From the NCBI RefSeq assembly GCF_009914755.1, contig NC_060934.1: a DNA stretch of 64,000 nucleotides. The stretch is one strand, 5' to 3'. This stretch comes from the human T2T-CHM13v2.0 reference genome, Homo sapiens. The notes beneath the pieces were generated by a model that was not told the DNA's origin, ran no database searches, and saw only the letters and a program-made list of their open reading frames with translations. Below are positions 19,724 to 33,789 of the stretch, in pieces. The position numbers were made by a program, and so were the translations under genes. Position 1 is the first letter of the stretch. Every line of letters begins with the position of its first letter.

Positions 19724-22169
19724 AAAAGTTGGGAGCTCCAGGGTTAGGTGCATATATACTTAGGAATGTGATATTATCCTGTTGCACTAGTCCTTTTATA
19801 ATTATATAATGTTCTTCTTTGTCTTTTTTAACTGCTGTTGCTTTAAAGTTTGTTTTGTCTGATCCAAGAATAGCTATGCTCACTTTTGGTGTTCATTTGC
19901 ATGGAATATCTTTTTCCACTCCTTTATCTTAAGTTTATGTGAATCCTTATGTGTCAGGTGAGTCTCTTGAAGACAGCAGATACTTGGTGAATTCTCATCC
20001 ATTCTGCCATTCTGTATCTTTTAAGTGGAGCATTTACACCATTTACATTCAATGTTAGTATTGAGATGTGAGGTACTTTTCTATTCATCATGCTATTTGT
20101 TGCCTGAATACTTTGGATTTTTTTTCATTATGTTATGTGTTTTATAGGGCCTGTAAGATTTATGCTTTAAGGAGATTCTATTTTGGTGTATTTTGAGGAT
20201 TTCTTTCAAGATTTAGAGCTCCTTTTAGCAGTTCTTGTAGTGCTGGGTTGGTGGTGGCAACTTCTGTCAGCATTTGTATCTTTCCTTCCTTTATGAAGCT
20301 TAGTTTCACTGGATACAAAATTCTTGGCTGACAATTGTTTTGTTTCAGGAGGCTAAAGATAGGACCCCAATCCCTTCTAGCTTGTAGGGTTTTTGCTGTG
20401 AAGTCCGCTGTAATCTGATAGGTTTTCCTTTATAAATTACCTGATGCTTTTGCCTCACAGCTCTTAAGATTCTTTCCGTCATCTCGACTTTAGATAACTT
20501 GATGACTGTGTACCTGGGTGATGATCTTTTTGCAATGAATTTCCCAGGTGTACTTTAAGCTTCTTGTATTTGGATGTCTAGATCTCTAACAAGGCCAGGG
20601 AAGTTTTCCTCAATTATTCCATCAAATATGATTTCCAAACTTTTAGATTTCCCTTCTTCCTCAGGAACACCACATATTCTTAGGTTTGGCTGTTTAACAT
20701 AATCCCAAATTTCTTGGAGGCCTTGTTCATTTTTTAATTATTATTATTCTTTTTTTCTTTGTCTTTGTCTGATTGCGTTAATTTGAAAATCTTCTTTGAG
20801 CTCTGAAGTTGTTTCTTCTACTTGTTGGATTCTATTGCAGAGACTTTCCAGTGCATTTTGCATTTCTTTAAGTGGAGTCCATTTCCAGAAGTTGTGATTA
20901 TTTATTTATGCTATCTATCTCACTGGAGATTTTTCCATTCATATTCTGTGTCATTTTTTTTTTAATTTAAGTTGGACTTCACCCCTCTCTGATGCCTCCT
21001 TGATTAGTTTAATGATCAACCTTCTGAATTCTTTTTCTGGCAATTCAGAGATTTCTTCTTGGTTTGGACCCATTGCTGGTGAGCTAGTGTGATCTTTTGG
21101 AGGTGTTAAAGAACACTGTTTTGTCGTATTACCAGAATTGTTTTTCTGGTTCCTTCTCATTTGGGTAAGACTGTGTCAGAGGGAAAATCTGGAACTCAAG
21201 GGCTGCTGTTCAGATTCTTGTGTCCCACAGGGTGCTCACTTGATGTGGTGTTCTCCCCCTTCCCCTAGGGATGGGGCTTCCTGAGAGCCAAGCTGCAGTG
21301 ATTGTTATTTCTCTTCTGGATCTAACCACCCAGAGGAGCTACTGGGTTCTGGGCCGGTACTGGGGAGTGTCTGCAAAGAGTCCTGTGATGGGATCCGTCT
21401 TCAGGTTGGATATAGCCATGGATATACCAACACTTGCTCCAGTGGAGGTAGCCAGGAAGTGAAGTAGGCTCTGAAGATCCTTGGCTTTATTTTTGTTTAG
21501 TGTGCTGGTTTTATGTTGGTTGGCCTCCAGCCAGGAGGTAGTGCTTTCAAGAGCTCATCAGCTGTGGTTTATGGGGAGGATACAAGCTTCAGGTTTCTCA
21601 GGCGGTAGGCAGGGCCATAGAGCTCCCAAGAGTTTATGTCCTTTATCTTTGGCTACCAGGGCAGGTAGAGAAAGACCATCAGGTTGGGGCAGGGTTAGGT
21701 GTGTCTGAGCTCAGACACTCCTTGGGCAGGGTTTGCTGTGGCTGCTGTGGGGGATGGGGTGTGGTTCCTAGGCCAATGGAATGATGTTCCCAGGGCGATT
21801 ATGGCCGCCTCTGCTGCATCACACAGGTTGCCAGGGAAGGGAGGGAAAGCCAGCAGCCACATGCCTCATCCAGCTCCCATGCAGCCCACAGCCCAAAAGG
21901 CTGGTCTCACTCCCACTGTGTCCCCCAACCAGCACTGAATTTATTTCCAGGCAGCCAATGAGCAGGGCTGAGAACTTGCCCCAGGCCACAAACCTGGCAG
22001 CTGAGAAAGCAAGCAGACTGTGGGTTCTCTCGGCTTTCCTGGTATGTTCTTGTGGTAGTTCTTGGAGCAAAGGTTCATGATATGAGTGTCCACACACTGC
22101 TCTGTCTGTCTGGGTGGGAGCTGCAAGTTAATCCTGCCTCCTCTCTGCCATTTCCCCCCCACCACCTTC

Positions 22170-22815
22170 CTCCAACATGAAAGTTTAATAACACACACTG
22201 TTGGTGGGGTTTTGGGTAGAACAGGCCCTCTTGTACATAGCAGTGGAAGTCTAAATTGATTGATATTGCTTCTAAGGAGGGCAATTTGGCAATCACAAGC
22301 CAAATCTTAGATTCATATGTTATTTTACTCTAAGATTCCACTTTTGGGAATTAATCCTAGAGATCAACTGGCTCATGTTCCACATGGCATATACACAGAA
22401 TTTTCATTACAGGATACCTACATTGGCCAAAGATCAGAAACCACCTAAATGGTCATTAATAGGGCACTAGTTGAATACATCAGTGCAACGGACTACTATG
22501 CAGCTGAGAAAAGGAATGACATGCTCTCTGCACTGCAGGGAAGAAATGTCCAAGCAAAGTGAAGGACAGTCTATAGAGGGGGATAAGTTAGGATTTACAT
22601 TTGTATTTGCACATTGTATTTTTACGTAAGTATAATCTGGAAGGATACAAGAGGCTATTTAACGTGATTGGTTGCCTGTGGGCAAAAGAAAGGTAAGATT
22701 CTGGACAGATGAGAGACAGAGGTAGGATGAGAATTTTCCCTATATCCTTTTTTATACTTTTAAAATTTGAAACTACGTGAATGATTTCTGTACAAAAGAT
22801 TAAATAAAAAAATAA
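22170..22815 (+). mobile_element. Ancient L1M (L1ME-like) 3' end fragment
   Basis: Decayed L1 3' motifs GAGGGCAATTTGGCAATC...ATTCCACTTTTGGGAATTAATCCTAGAGA...AAACCACCTAAATG...GACTACTATGCAGC, ending A-rich. Confidence 0.55.
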
Positions 22816-23964
22816 TGTAGCAAATCACCCTGGAGATGCAGTGTGAACATCTATGCACAGATTTGCAGGCAGGGGCCTCATCTTCCGACAGTTGATAAGA
22901 TCTCTCTTATCCTTTGATTGCTGAGCAGTAGAAACTGATTGCTATTGATCAATTTCCTCCACTTTCTCCTGTGTCAGAGTTCTGCAGACTTCTCAGCAGA
23001 CCTCTAATTCTCCCTGGTCCAGATAGTAACTCAAGCCCCAGATCATCTCTACCTTGAGTTCCAGAGAATCATTCTAGACAAGGAATCAGGAAGCCTGATT
23101 CTCTCACTGGGCTGCTATGTAATCCTGAGCTAGTCACTTTTCTGCTCTAGCTTCAGTTTCGCCATTTGTATGTGAAAAGACCTCACTTTGAGATCCTGTT
23201 CTCTGGACTACAGGTCTCCCAGAAAAGAGATGGGGAAATGGAAATGACCAGACACTGCCTGTACTCACCTGTCCTGAGCATGGGGTGGGGGTTCATGAAG
23301 TCTAACGTAATGTTAATTAAATATTTCCATGTGCCTGGTGGCTACGGACTTCATGATAGTCTCTGTTCTGAATGGCAGCTAAGAATCCTTCAATGGAAAG
23401 GGAGAGATGGGAAGAGGCTGAGTTGGAAAAACCTGCTCTGGGGAACACCTGTCTCCTGGCACCCCAAGGAGGGTGTTCTGCATCTCTGAGCTCGGCAAGA
23501 AGGAGCAGATTCTGGGGTTCTGGGGGTAGGATGGAAGCATCAGATTAGGCCCCTGTGAGTACTAGGTAGCCCCACTAGCAAGAGCCTGAATCATGCCAGG
23601 GAGACCTAGAATCCTCAACAGGCATGGCTGAGAAGCCACGCCCTCCTCTCTGCAGGAGCCAGACCACCGCCCCCCTTGCTGGTTTTCCTGACTCTGGCAG
23701 CCTTTCTTGGAGGGCAGCTGCAGGTAGTGATGAGCTCTTCCCTTGCAATTTCACCTGCCTGGGCCTGAGGGGAGGTTTTGGAAGATCGTTCATCCCTCGT
23801 GTTCCACAAGCTGAAGTGGTGGCATTTACCTCTCTGCCAACACTATCAGCCTCCCAGGGGACTGGCACCAGAAGGGTGGGGTATGACTGATGCTGCAGCC
23901 CTGGATCTCTACTTGGAAGCTTTAGAGACCCCCGCTGGTTGCAAGGATGGTACCTGGCACAAAA

Positions 23965-24135
23965 TACTGAAGAAATAATTGTTGCACAAACAACTAACTC
24001 AATGGCTGTGAGCTCTAGAGTGGGAGCACATGGGTTGGCATCTATGCTTGCTGGCTGTGTGACTTTGGACCAGGGTCTAACCTTGCTGAGCCTCACAGAG
24101 CCACTGGGAGGGTGAAATGAGATCATGCCTGCAAA
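23965..24135 (+). mobile_element. MIR fragment (others near 1610, 23080, 27830, 28500, 32270-32660, 33150, 58200)
   Basis: MIR core GGCTGTGTGACTTTGG...AACCTTGCTGAGCCTCA...GAAATGAGATCATG. Confidence 0.55.
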
Positions 24136-24572
24136 GAGAGAGCTTCACATCATGCTCAAGAGAGGGTGGCTGCTGTCATGAGGATAAGGAGGAGGATTCC
24201 ACTTGGGAAGACTGGTTCCCACCCAGCTGCTTTGGCATCGCTCTGCCCTCATTCTGTGTACTAGGTCAGCAGTGTGTCTCTGGAGAGACCTCGGAGCAGC
24301 TGGGTGTGGGCTACCCACAGTTCCTCCAATAGAGTGTGCATCAAACTTTGTTTTTTCCCAATCATATAGGCGAACTATAGATCTTGGGATGGTTAATTTG
24401 CATTTCTCTAATATTGATGGAGGCTGAGGACCTTTTGACATTTTTAGGAGACATTATGTTCACTGCATTTGTCCTGCCTTCTGCCTGATAATGGAACAAA
24501 GCTCTTTTTCTTCTAATTTGGAAAAACTTAATACAGAAAAGTAGAGAGAATCATTGGATCAAGGCTCTAGAG

Positions 24573-24756
24573 CTGTACTAATAGAAATTGATGTGGAAAT
24601 GGGAATGTTCTAGAGCTGTACTGTCCGGTATGGTAGCCACTGGCCACACACAGCTATTATCTTGAAATGCAGTTAATGCAACTGAGGAATTGAATTTTAT
24701 TTAATTTTCATGAATTGTCAACAGCTACATGTGGCTACCGTATTTTGATAGCATAG
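24573..24756. mobile_element. MER3 (hAT-Charlie MITE) with perfect 8-bp TSD
   Basis: MER3 motifs CTGTCC...GGTAGCCACT...GCAACTGAGGAATTGAATTTT...ACATGTGGCTACCGTATT; TSD CTCTAGAG at 24565-24572 and 24757-24764. Confidence 0.8.
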
Positions 24757-24775
24757 CTCTAGAGGCAATAAAGCC

Positions 24776-25441
<666 letters not shown>

Positions 25442-26131
25442 TCAAAGGTAAATGACAATGAGAGAGAGGCTGTCAAGCCCAACAGCATTGTTGCCCAGGA
25501 GTAGGCTGCATTAGAGGGTAGCATATGGGGTACTCACCCAGAAAGGCCCCGAGTCCTGCCCAAAGTCTCCTGACTCCCAGCCAGGGCCCTCCTTCACACC
25601 AGGCCCTCAAACCACCTTAGCAGGACACTTCCTGGGCAGTGGTCCACGGGCAATCCTCATGTTGTCCTCAAATGAGTGGGAGTCACTGCTTCTGGCATTC
25701 AAGGCCCCTGGTGATCAGCCCTGCCCTCCTGTTCAGCCCACTGCCCTGGAACTTTGGGGCCTGCGTTGCCCACTCATAGCCTAAGTATCTACCCCAGATC
25801 TGCCTTACTTCTGCATAGGGCCTAGCCTCATACAAGGGGCCAGTGGAGCCCTGTAAATGACACCCCTCCTCATGCCACATCCTATTCTCACAGATTGTAA
25901 AACCTCCGGGTAAGACCCTGATCCCACCAAGCTGAATCTTCTTCCCCTGATGATGAATGGGACCAGGCCTGGTTACCAGAGGAGCCATTCAAAATCCACT
26001 TATTTGAGGAAATCAATGATCTTGTTTATGTCCATTAATCTGAGACCCTGATTGCAGAGGATTCTAGGGGCTCCATTCCAAAGCCCCCCCACCACATGGC
26101 CAGCTAGCTAGGTAATCTCTCCACCCTGACT

Positions 26132-26150
26132 GGGCCAGCAGATGGCAGGT
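26132..26150 (+). promoter_or_regulatory. Candidate CTCF motif
   Basis: GGGCCAGCAGATGGCAGGT fits the CCASYAGRKGGCR core; motif only, no occupancy evidence. Confidence 0.45.
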
Positions 26151-26540
26151 TCCCCAGGACTAATCAGCCACCGAGATGTGACGTCCCTGTCTGAGCTGCG
26201 GCCGGAGAAGAGGGTGCCCTGGACAGGATCCCTCCGGGAGGCTGAGGCACTCATGGGGAAAAGCAGCATGAATTCCAGAAAAGACCTGTGTCCCTGACCT
26301 CTGGACCTACATCGAGGGCTCTGAGTTGCCACCAAGGACTCTATTATGTGAACCTCCAGGAGGACAAGGACCACCGACTGTGTGTCTCAGCAGCTCCCAC
26401 TCCAGGTCACATGCCATCACGGGAGCTCAGGGAGTAGTGGCAGAATTAAATACAAGGCCCCACTAAACTGGAATTTTAATTTTAGCCCTAAGATGAGAAA
26501 AGTTGAAAGATGACTTTAGAATTATCCCCAATCAGCCAAC

Positions 26541-27280
<740 letters not shown>

Positions 27281-29328
27281 CAATATAGAAATTAGAACCT
27301 GAGACCTAATCTAGCCCACCTGTCCCCACGTGTGGTGGGCCCACCATGCACAGCCAAGTCACCTGGAGCATGAGGCTGAAATGCAGGTTTCTGGGCCCTG
27401 CTCCAGACCTGCAGACTCAGAATCTCAGGGAGGTAGGGAGGGGTGGGGAGGGTAAAAGCTGCATTACTGACTAGCTCCCTTAGTGACAGTTCAGCACGCT
27501 GATGTTCAGGGATGCCCTCTTCTTGCCAAGGAGAAAACAGAAGCGCAGTCTGTTGGCCAAGGGCCCTCAGCCAGGGAACATCAGGACCTGGGGCACAGCT
27601 CTAGGAAACGCTGTTGTTGCTGAGAGTGGGGGCAAGGGGCACTGGCCAGACCTGGATTTGTGGGAGGCGGCTGACATGAGGCTCTGGACTTCTGCAGCAA
27701 GACGGACATCAGGGAACCTGGGCTTCCAGCAAGCAGCTCTTTTAGCCAGCACAGTAGATGCACTCCAGGTGGTGGGGTCTCAGTCCAGTGGGGTCTTCAG
27801 GAGAAAGCAAGGCTCCTAGGCTGGAGTCTAGTTTCAGGTGGGGCTGTGATTGGGGTCTGGCCATCGTGGTTCTGCCACCTACTGGCTGTGTAACTCCGGG
27901 TACCTCTCTGAGCCTTAACTCCTCGTCTGAAAACAGAATAATCAGAGTACCTACTTCTTGGGGTAGCTGTGGGGTGGGGCATGAGATGGCACTGGCTGTT
28001 CAGTGTTTGCCTCTCAGGTCCTTCTTGACTCCTTGGGGCTGAATTTATGTTCTCATCACTCCGTTTCTGAGCAGATGAGGAAGAAGGAGGGTGGAACTCT
28101 AGCTCCAACTCTGCTCCCTGACCTAAGTATCCCAACCCCTCCCAGGTTGGGGACAGAGCCCTTCCATCACGTAGCTCTCGGTCCCACCGGACTCTTTGCT
28201 TAGGAAGAGGCTGCCTGCCCCCATCGTGGTTAGGTGCTAACTCATTCTCTGCTTTATCTATCACATCTCTAACTGCCCATCAGAGCCCATTAGACCAGAA
28301 TGAGACTCCCAGGGTGGCCGCAGAGCAGCAGCATTTCAGCTCATCAGAGGAAGCTGCCAAATGAGCCAGTCTGAGCAGCATTTGGGGGTAGATGTTCGCT
28401 TCCTATTAACAGGCTAAATTGCGGAAGTGGCTCAGAGTTTCATTCCCACTGTGCCACTCCCTGGGGTCTGCAGCGTGGCCTGGGAGAAAAAGGCACAGCC
28501 TCGGGGTCAGACCCGAGTTGGACCCAGCTCTGTCCCCTGGTACCTGAGGGACTCTGGATAAATTACTGGATTTCTCTGAACTCCACTTATCCCATTTGTA
28601 AAACAGGATTAGAAGCCCCGCCATGGGACTGTTTTGGTCATTAAATGCCAATTTGTATATAAAGTGCTTAGCGCAAGCCTGACGACAGAAACACTCGGTA
28701 ATTGAAAGCTACTGTTTTTCCACAAGGACTTCCTTTCAGGGACCGCAGCCTTGGACGGAGGCCTGGGTACAGATTTAATCAGATGCAGGCGCTCCGGATT
28801 ACCATGGAGATCGTCTAATCTAATACGTGGAGGCTGCTCAGTGACTGTTTATTGAGTTAAAAGAAAACACAAATCTAATTTTAGCCCAAAGAAGAGAAAG
28901 TTAAAAGGGAACTTGAACAGGCTTTGGCTAGACAGTATAATAATTACTGCTGTTTTTTTCAATACTTACTAAGTGATAACTGTTTTCCTTTAAAGAGAAA
29001 AGTCATCTAAATAATCATAGCTACTATTATTGTCTGTAATGTTAGTGCTAACCCATTTCTAGTAGAGGGCACCCCCAGCTTATGGGTGGGGGATGGAGAC
29101 TTCTGTAGGCAGAGACAGAGTTTTAGAGGCCTGTGCTCCTAACCAGCACCCATGCTGAACCCCGGAAAGATGATGTGACAGCATCCAGCTCTCACTCCTC
29201 TCTGTCTCACTCAGAGGAAGGGGACAGAGAGGCGGCAGCCCTCCAAGAAGGCAGATGCCATGGTGCTGTCCCAACAGCTGCTGGCAGTGTCAGAGGGGAC
29301 GGCCCTGAGGACAATAGGGGTCCTCAGG

Positions 29329-29409
29329 GTGGGGGTGTTGCCAAAGGAGATTAACATTTGAGTTAGTGAACTGGGAAAGGCAGACCCACCCTCAATCTGG
29401 GTGGGCACC
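29329..29409 (+). repeat. 81-bp perfect inverted copy of 30568-30648 (MLT2A segment)
   Basis: Base-by-base reverse complement identity; the ORF track shows the same peptide PTQIEGGSAFPSSLTQMLISFGNTPT at both sites on opposite strands. Confidence 0.97.
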
Positions 29410-30165
29410 TAGCAGTGCCACCAGTGTACCCGATGTCCCCCTGGAGTCAGATAGCCCTAGTAGGACACAGCAACAAACCTGGCATGGAGAATGGAGGGAG
29501 CAGCAGCACAGACCCCAGGGACATGAGAAATAAGATGCCAGGCACAAAGCAAGGACCTGCTCAATAGGGGCCTCATTTAGAGAACAAAAACTGAGGCCTG
29601 AGATTCAGTGTCCTGCTCAGGACCCAGTGAAGCAGGGTGGGAGCGGAGGCTCCCTTCCAGCAGATCCTGTGACCAGTGATCAGAGGACCACCCTCGCCCC
29701 TGCCCATTCCAGCCATTAGAACCTGTGGTGTGTGGGCAAGGGTCCCCAAACAGGGCCCGTCACCTGCCCACCCACTCCCAGAAGGCCACCAGTGCTCTCA
29801 CAGGCTGAGGGCCAGGGCCAAAGCTGCCAGGCTGGCCCTGTGAGCTCCTGCTGCAGTGGCGGCAGAAATCCACCTGCTGCAGTCTGGATATGGGAAATGC
29901 ATTTTTCACCCCATCAGGCATCAGGGCGAAAGCAATTTACAAATGGTCAGCTGGGGGAGAGACGCGGCCAGCAGTGTTTTGTAGTCCATTAAAAGGTTTG
30001 GACCGGGGCTTTGAGAGATGTGCCAGCAACTGTGCAGAGGCATTCATTCACCAGACCCTGCTCATGCAGCTCACTTTGGAGCTGGGCAAGGACCCCCGGG
30101 ATGCCAGTCAGTGTAAGAGGACACCTGGGTTTCTCTGCTGGTGGGTCATCGGGGATCAAGGGCTC

Positions 30166-30713
30166 TGTATTAGTTAGGGTTCTCTGGAGAGACAGGACTA
30201 ATAGGACAGATGTATATACGAAAGGGAGTTTATTAAGGAGTATTGGATCACACCATCACAAGGTGAAGTCCCACAATAGGCCATCTGCATGCAATCTGAG
30301 AAGCAAGGAAGCCAGTCCGCGTCCTAAAAACCTCACAAGTAGGGAAGCCGACAGTGCAGCCTTCAGTCAGTGGCTGAAGGCCTGAGAGCCCCTGGCAAAC
30401 CACTGGCATAAGTTCAAGAGTCCAAAAACTGAAGAACTTGGAGTCTGATGTTTGAGGGAAGGCAGCATTCAGCATGGGAGAAAGATGAAGGCCAGAAGAC
30501 TCAGCCAGTCTAGTCCTCCCACATTTTCGGCCTGCTTTTATCTAGCCGTGCTGACAGCTGATTAGATGGTGCCCACCCAGATTGAGGGTGGGTCTGCCTT
30601 TCCCAGTTCACTAACTCAAATGTTAATCTCCTTTGGCAACACCCCCACAGACACCCGCAGGAACAATACTTTCAACCTTCATTCCAATCAAGTTGACAAT
30701 ATTAACCATCACA
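30166..30713 (-). mobile_element. MLT2A (ERVL) solo LTR
   Basis: Reverse complement starts TGTGATGGTTAATATTGTCAACTTGATTGG and ends CTAACTAATACA; 5-bp TSD GGCTC at 30161 and 30714. Confidence 0.9.
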
Positions 30714-31555
30714 GGCTCTTAGGGACTGTGTCCCTGGGCACTCTACCCCAGGAACTCTAGACTAAGGATCAGCCTAGACAGTCTCCCCCTTTTTTTTCCT
30801 AAAGAGAAAATGCAGAGGGAAGAAACCAGCAAGCCACCATCTCATAAATGTATTCATTTGTTTACCACTGTTTTAGAAATGCTCAAAGCAGCTAACGAAG
30901 ACTTCACTTATGAGGAAGGGATTACATGCAAAGCAAGAACACACAGGGGATCCTCTGGGGGTCTTAGGGCATGTGGGCTGCAAGCGGCAAACACTGACTG
31001 TCACCCCTTACAGTGAAAAGGAAAGACCATTGAGGTGCTACAGCCTTTGGAAGGGTAAGGATCAGACAGCCCCAGCACCAGCTCCGGGTGTCTCTGCTCT
31101 TGGGAAGGGCCAGCTCCTGCCTTTTGAGGACTTCAAATTGCCCCATACATAATTCCAGCTCCAGGAGAGGGGCCTGATTGGCTCAGGTACATTCCCATCT
31201 GCTAGCTGAAGAAGGCAGGACGCCTTCACCAGCAGTCCCTGCACCTACCTCCGCCCAGGACTATGTTGAACAGACAGAAGCAGTTCCCCCAAGAAAATTA
31301 TATAAAGAAGTGCAAATGGCAGCTGAGCAGGCCAAAGCAACAGTGTTCACTACCATGGGCCAGTTTTTTTTTTTTTTTTTAATAGATGAGACTGGAAGTC
31401 AGAGTGGCTCAGTGACTTAATAATGGCGGAGCCAAAATTCTGTCTGATCCGATTCCAGGATGAGCTCTCCCTGCAATAGCATTCAGCCGCCTCGAGTATA
31501 TCTGACCTTGGCCTGAGTCTCCTTCTCTCTGAACAGCATATGATGATTAGCCACT

Positions 31556-31891
31556 TGATATGGTCTGGCTGTGTCCCCAGCCAAATATAATCTTGAATTC
31601 CCCCGTGTTGTGGGAGGGACCCAGTGGAAGGTGACTGAATTAGGGGAGCGGGTCTTTCCTGCGCTGTTCTTCTGATAGTGAATGAGTCTCCAGAGATCTG
31701 ATGGTTTTAAAAATAAGAGTTTCCCTGCACAAACTCTTTGCCTGCTGCCATCCATGTAAGACGTTGACGTGCTCCTCCTTGCCTTCCACCATGATTGTGA
31801 GACTTCCCCAGCCACATAGAACTGTAGTCCAATTAAACTTCTTTTGTAAATTGCCCAGTCTTTGGCAGTAGCGTGAAAATGGACTAATGCG
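31556..31891 (+). mobile_element. THE1 (THE1B-like, MaLR) solo LTR
   Basis: TGATATGGTCTGGCTGTGTCCCC...GGACTAATGCG; TSD CCACT at 31551 and 31892. Confidence 0.9.
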
Positions 31892-33259
31892 CCACTCAAT
31901 TGTGTCTTCTGGATCATTATTTTAGCTTAGGGAGTCAGTGGTCCTGCTGAGAGATCTTGCTCTTGACAGCCCTGTTGGGTCCCTTTCCCCACAATGTGTC
32001 CCAAAAGTCTGGCCTTGCACTTCCCAAATGCTGGGGCACTAGACTGGGCTCTGTCTGCAGGCCCAGAGGCTACCCAGAGCTTAGGGAGCCCTATCCAACA
32101 GAGAATGCTGCTAACAGCCCACAGCCACCCTCAGCAGAGACCCTCAGACAGTCCACAGGCTCTGCTGAGAATGACACTGTTTGGGCATAAGGAGGCCGAG
32201 TTATGGCCCTTGGTCTCTTCTGCCATCCAGGGAGCTGAGCCACAGTGCAGCAGACTGATCTGCTGCCATAGGAATTGGGCACTCACTGGGCACATGCTCT
32301 GTGCCAGGCCATGTGTTATGGTTATATCTTGAAGCCCTTACATCAACCACTGACAGTGAGCAATTGTTCAGGACCAGTGATTGTTCATGTCTGTGAGTTC
32401 CAGCTTTCTCAATGGAAAATGAGGCTGTTGTGAGTTGAGACGATAGGCATAGAGTGCTTTGTACAGTGCCAGGCGCACAGTAAGCGCTTGGTAACTACTC
32501 CGGGGGAGTAGTTACAGTAGTGGTAGCTGCTGTTATTCTGAGATCTGAAGGCTGGGAAACATCTAGCCAGGGAAAAACTGAAAGCATGAGTGAAAGCGTA
32601 CTACGGTTTCACAGCGGAGTAAACTGAAGCTCAGAGAGCTGAGTGACCTGCCCAGGGAGAGACAGCTCAACAGGGCCTGAAGCCAGCTGGCCCCAAAGGT
32701 ATCAAGTCTGAAGCATCTGTTCTTTCAATTGCACTGTGCTGCCTCCAAAGTCCTGATCAATGCCATTTGCTTGTTCCCTTCACCTCTGAATCTCCACGTA
32801 CCTTCACGTCTCCTGCCCATGAGGGCTCTCCTGGGCCCTGGCCTGAGGTGCCCTGCCCAGCTAAACGGCCCTGGTGCCCTAAGGCATCCATTATATGTAA
32901 TTTCGCTCCTGTGCATCTAAAAGCTGTTTACCATCCTTGGGAAAAGTGACAAAAATTATTCAAACACCCTTTTCTGCAGAGCTTTATTCATGAAGCCCCG
33001 GCTGAAAAGGCTCTCTCTGAAGTTATTATGGTCATGGATGGCTTCACCACCACTGCCGGGGGAGGTATGATTAGTGAGGTCTTAAGAACAGCCCTGCTAG
33101 GTCTAACAGAGGCCCACAGTCCAGTGTTCACCTGTACCGGAGGCTGCCAAGAGGGAGGACTGAGCAGTAAAGCAAATCACCTTGTAGATGGGGGTTCAAA
33201 TCTTCCATTGTGTGATTTGGGGCAGGTTATTTAAATCTGACATCTGGGCTGTTTCATCT

Positions 33260-33789
33260 TGTAATAGTTTTATTGTTGTGTAACAAATTACTCACAAAAT
33301 TTAGTGGCTTAAACCAGCACACGGTTATTCCAGAGTTTCCCTGGGTCAGGAGTCTGGGCACAGCTTAGCTGAATTCTCTGTCTCAGGCTTTGCCGCTAGG
33401 CTGTGATCAAGGTGTCAGCCAGGGCCACAGTCATCTCAAGATTCAACTGGACCAACATCCATTCCAAGTTCACTCGGACCGTCAGCAGGATTTACAGCCC
33501 CTCGGGCTATTAGATTGAAGGCCTCAGTTCCTTGGTAGCTGTTGGCTGGATGCCACCCTCAGTTCCTTGCCCAGTGGCCCTGTCAAGTGAAAGCTGAGGA
33601 GAGAACACAGGCAAAATGACGAGTCTTCTGTAACCTAATCACAGAAGTGACAGCCCATCACCTGGGCCACAGTATTTTCAACAGAAGCAAGTTGCTGGGT
33701 CCAGCCCACACTCAAGGTGAGGGGATTACATTAAGGGTGTGAATGCGGGAGTGGCAGTCACTCGGGTCGTCTCAGAACGGCTCACCATA
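33260..33789 (-). mobile_element. MLT1 (MaLR) solo LTR inserted in a MIR
   Basis: GTAACAAATTAC...AAAATTTAGTGGCTTAAA...GGGTCAGGAGTCTGGGCACAGCTTAGCTG; TSD CATCT at 33255 and 33790; MIR continues on both sides. Confidence 0.8.

Noticed and set aside
23575-24126. 183-aa ORF and overlapping ORFs
   Set aside because: No recognisable domain or splice support, partly MIR; expected by chance in GC-rich DNA.
29410-30567. Inversion or DNA transposon bounded by the 81-bp inverted repeats
   Set aside because: The MLT2A LTR runs uninterrupted through the right-hand repeat with matching TSDs; no transposon TSD or transposase.
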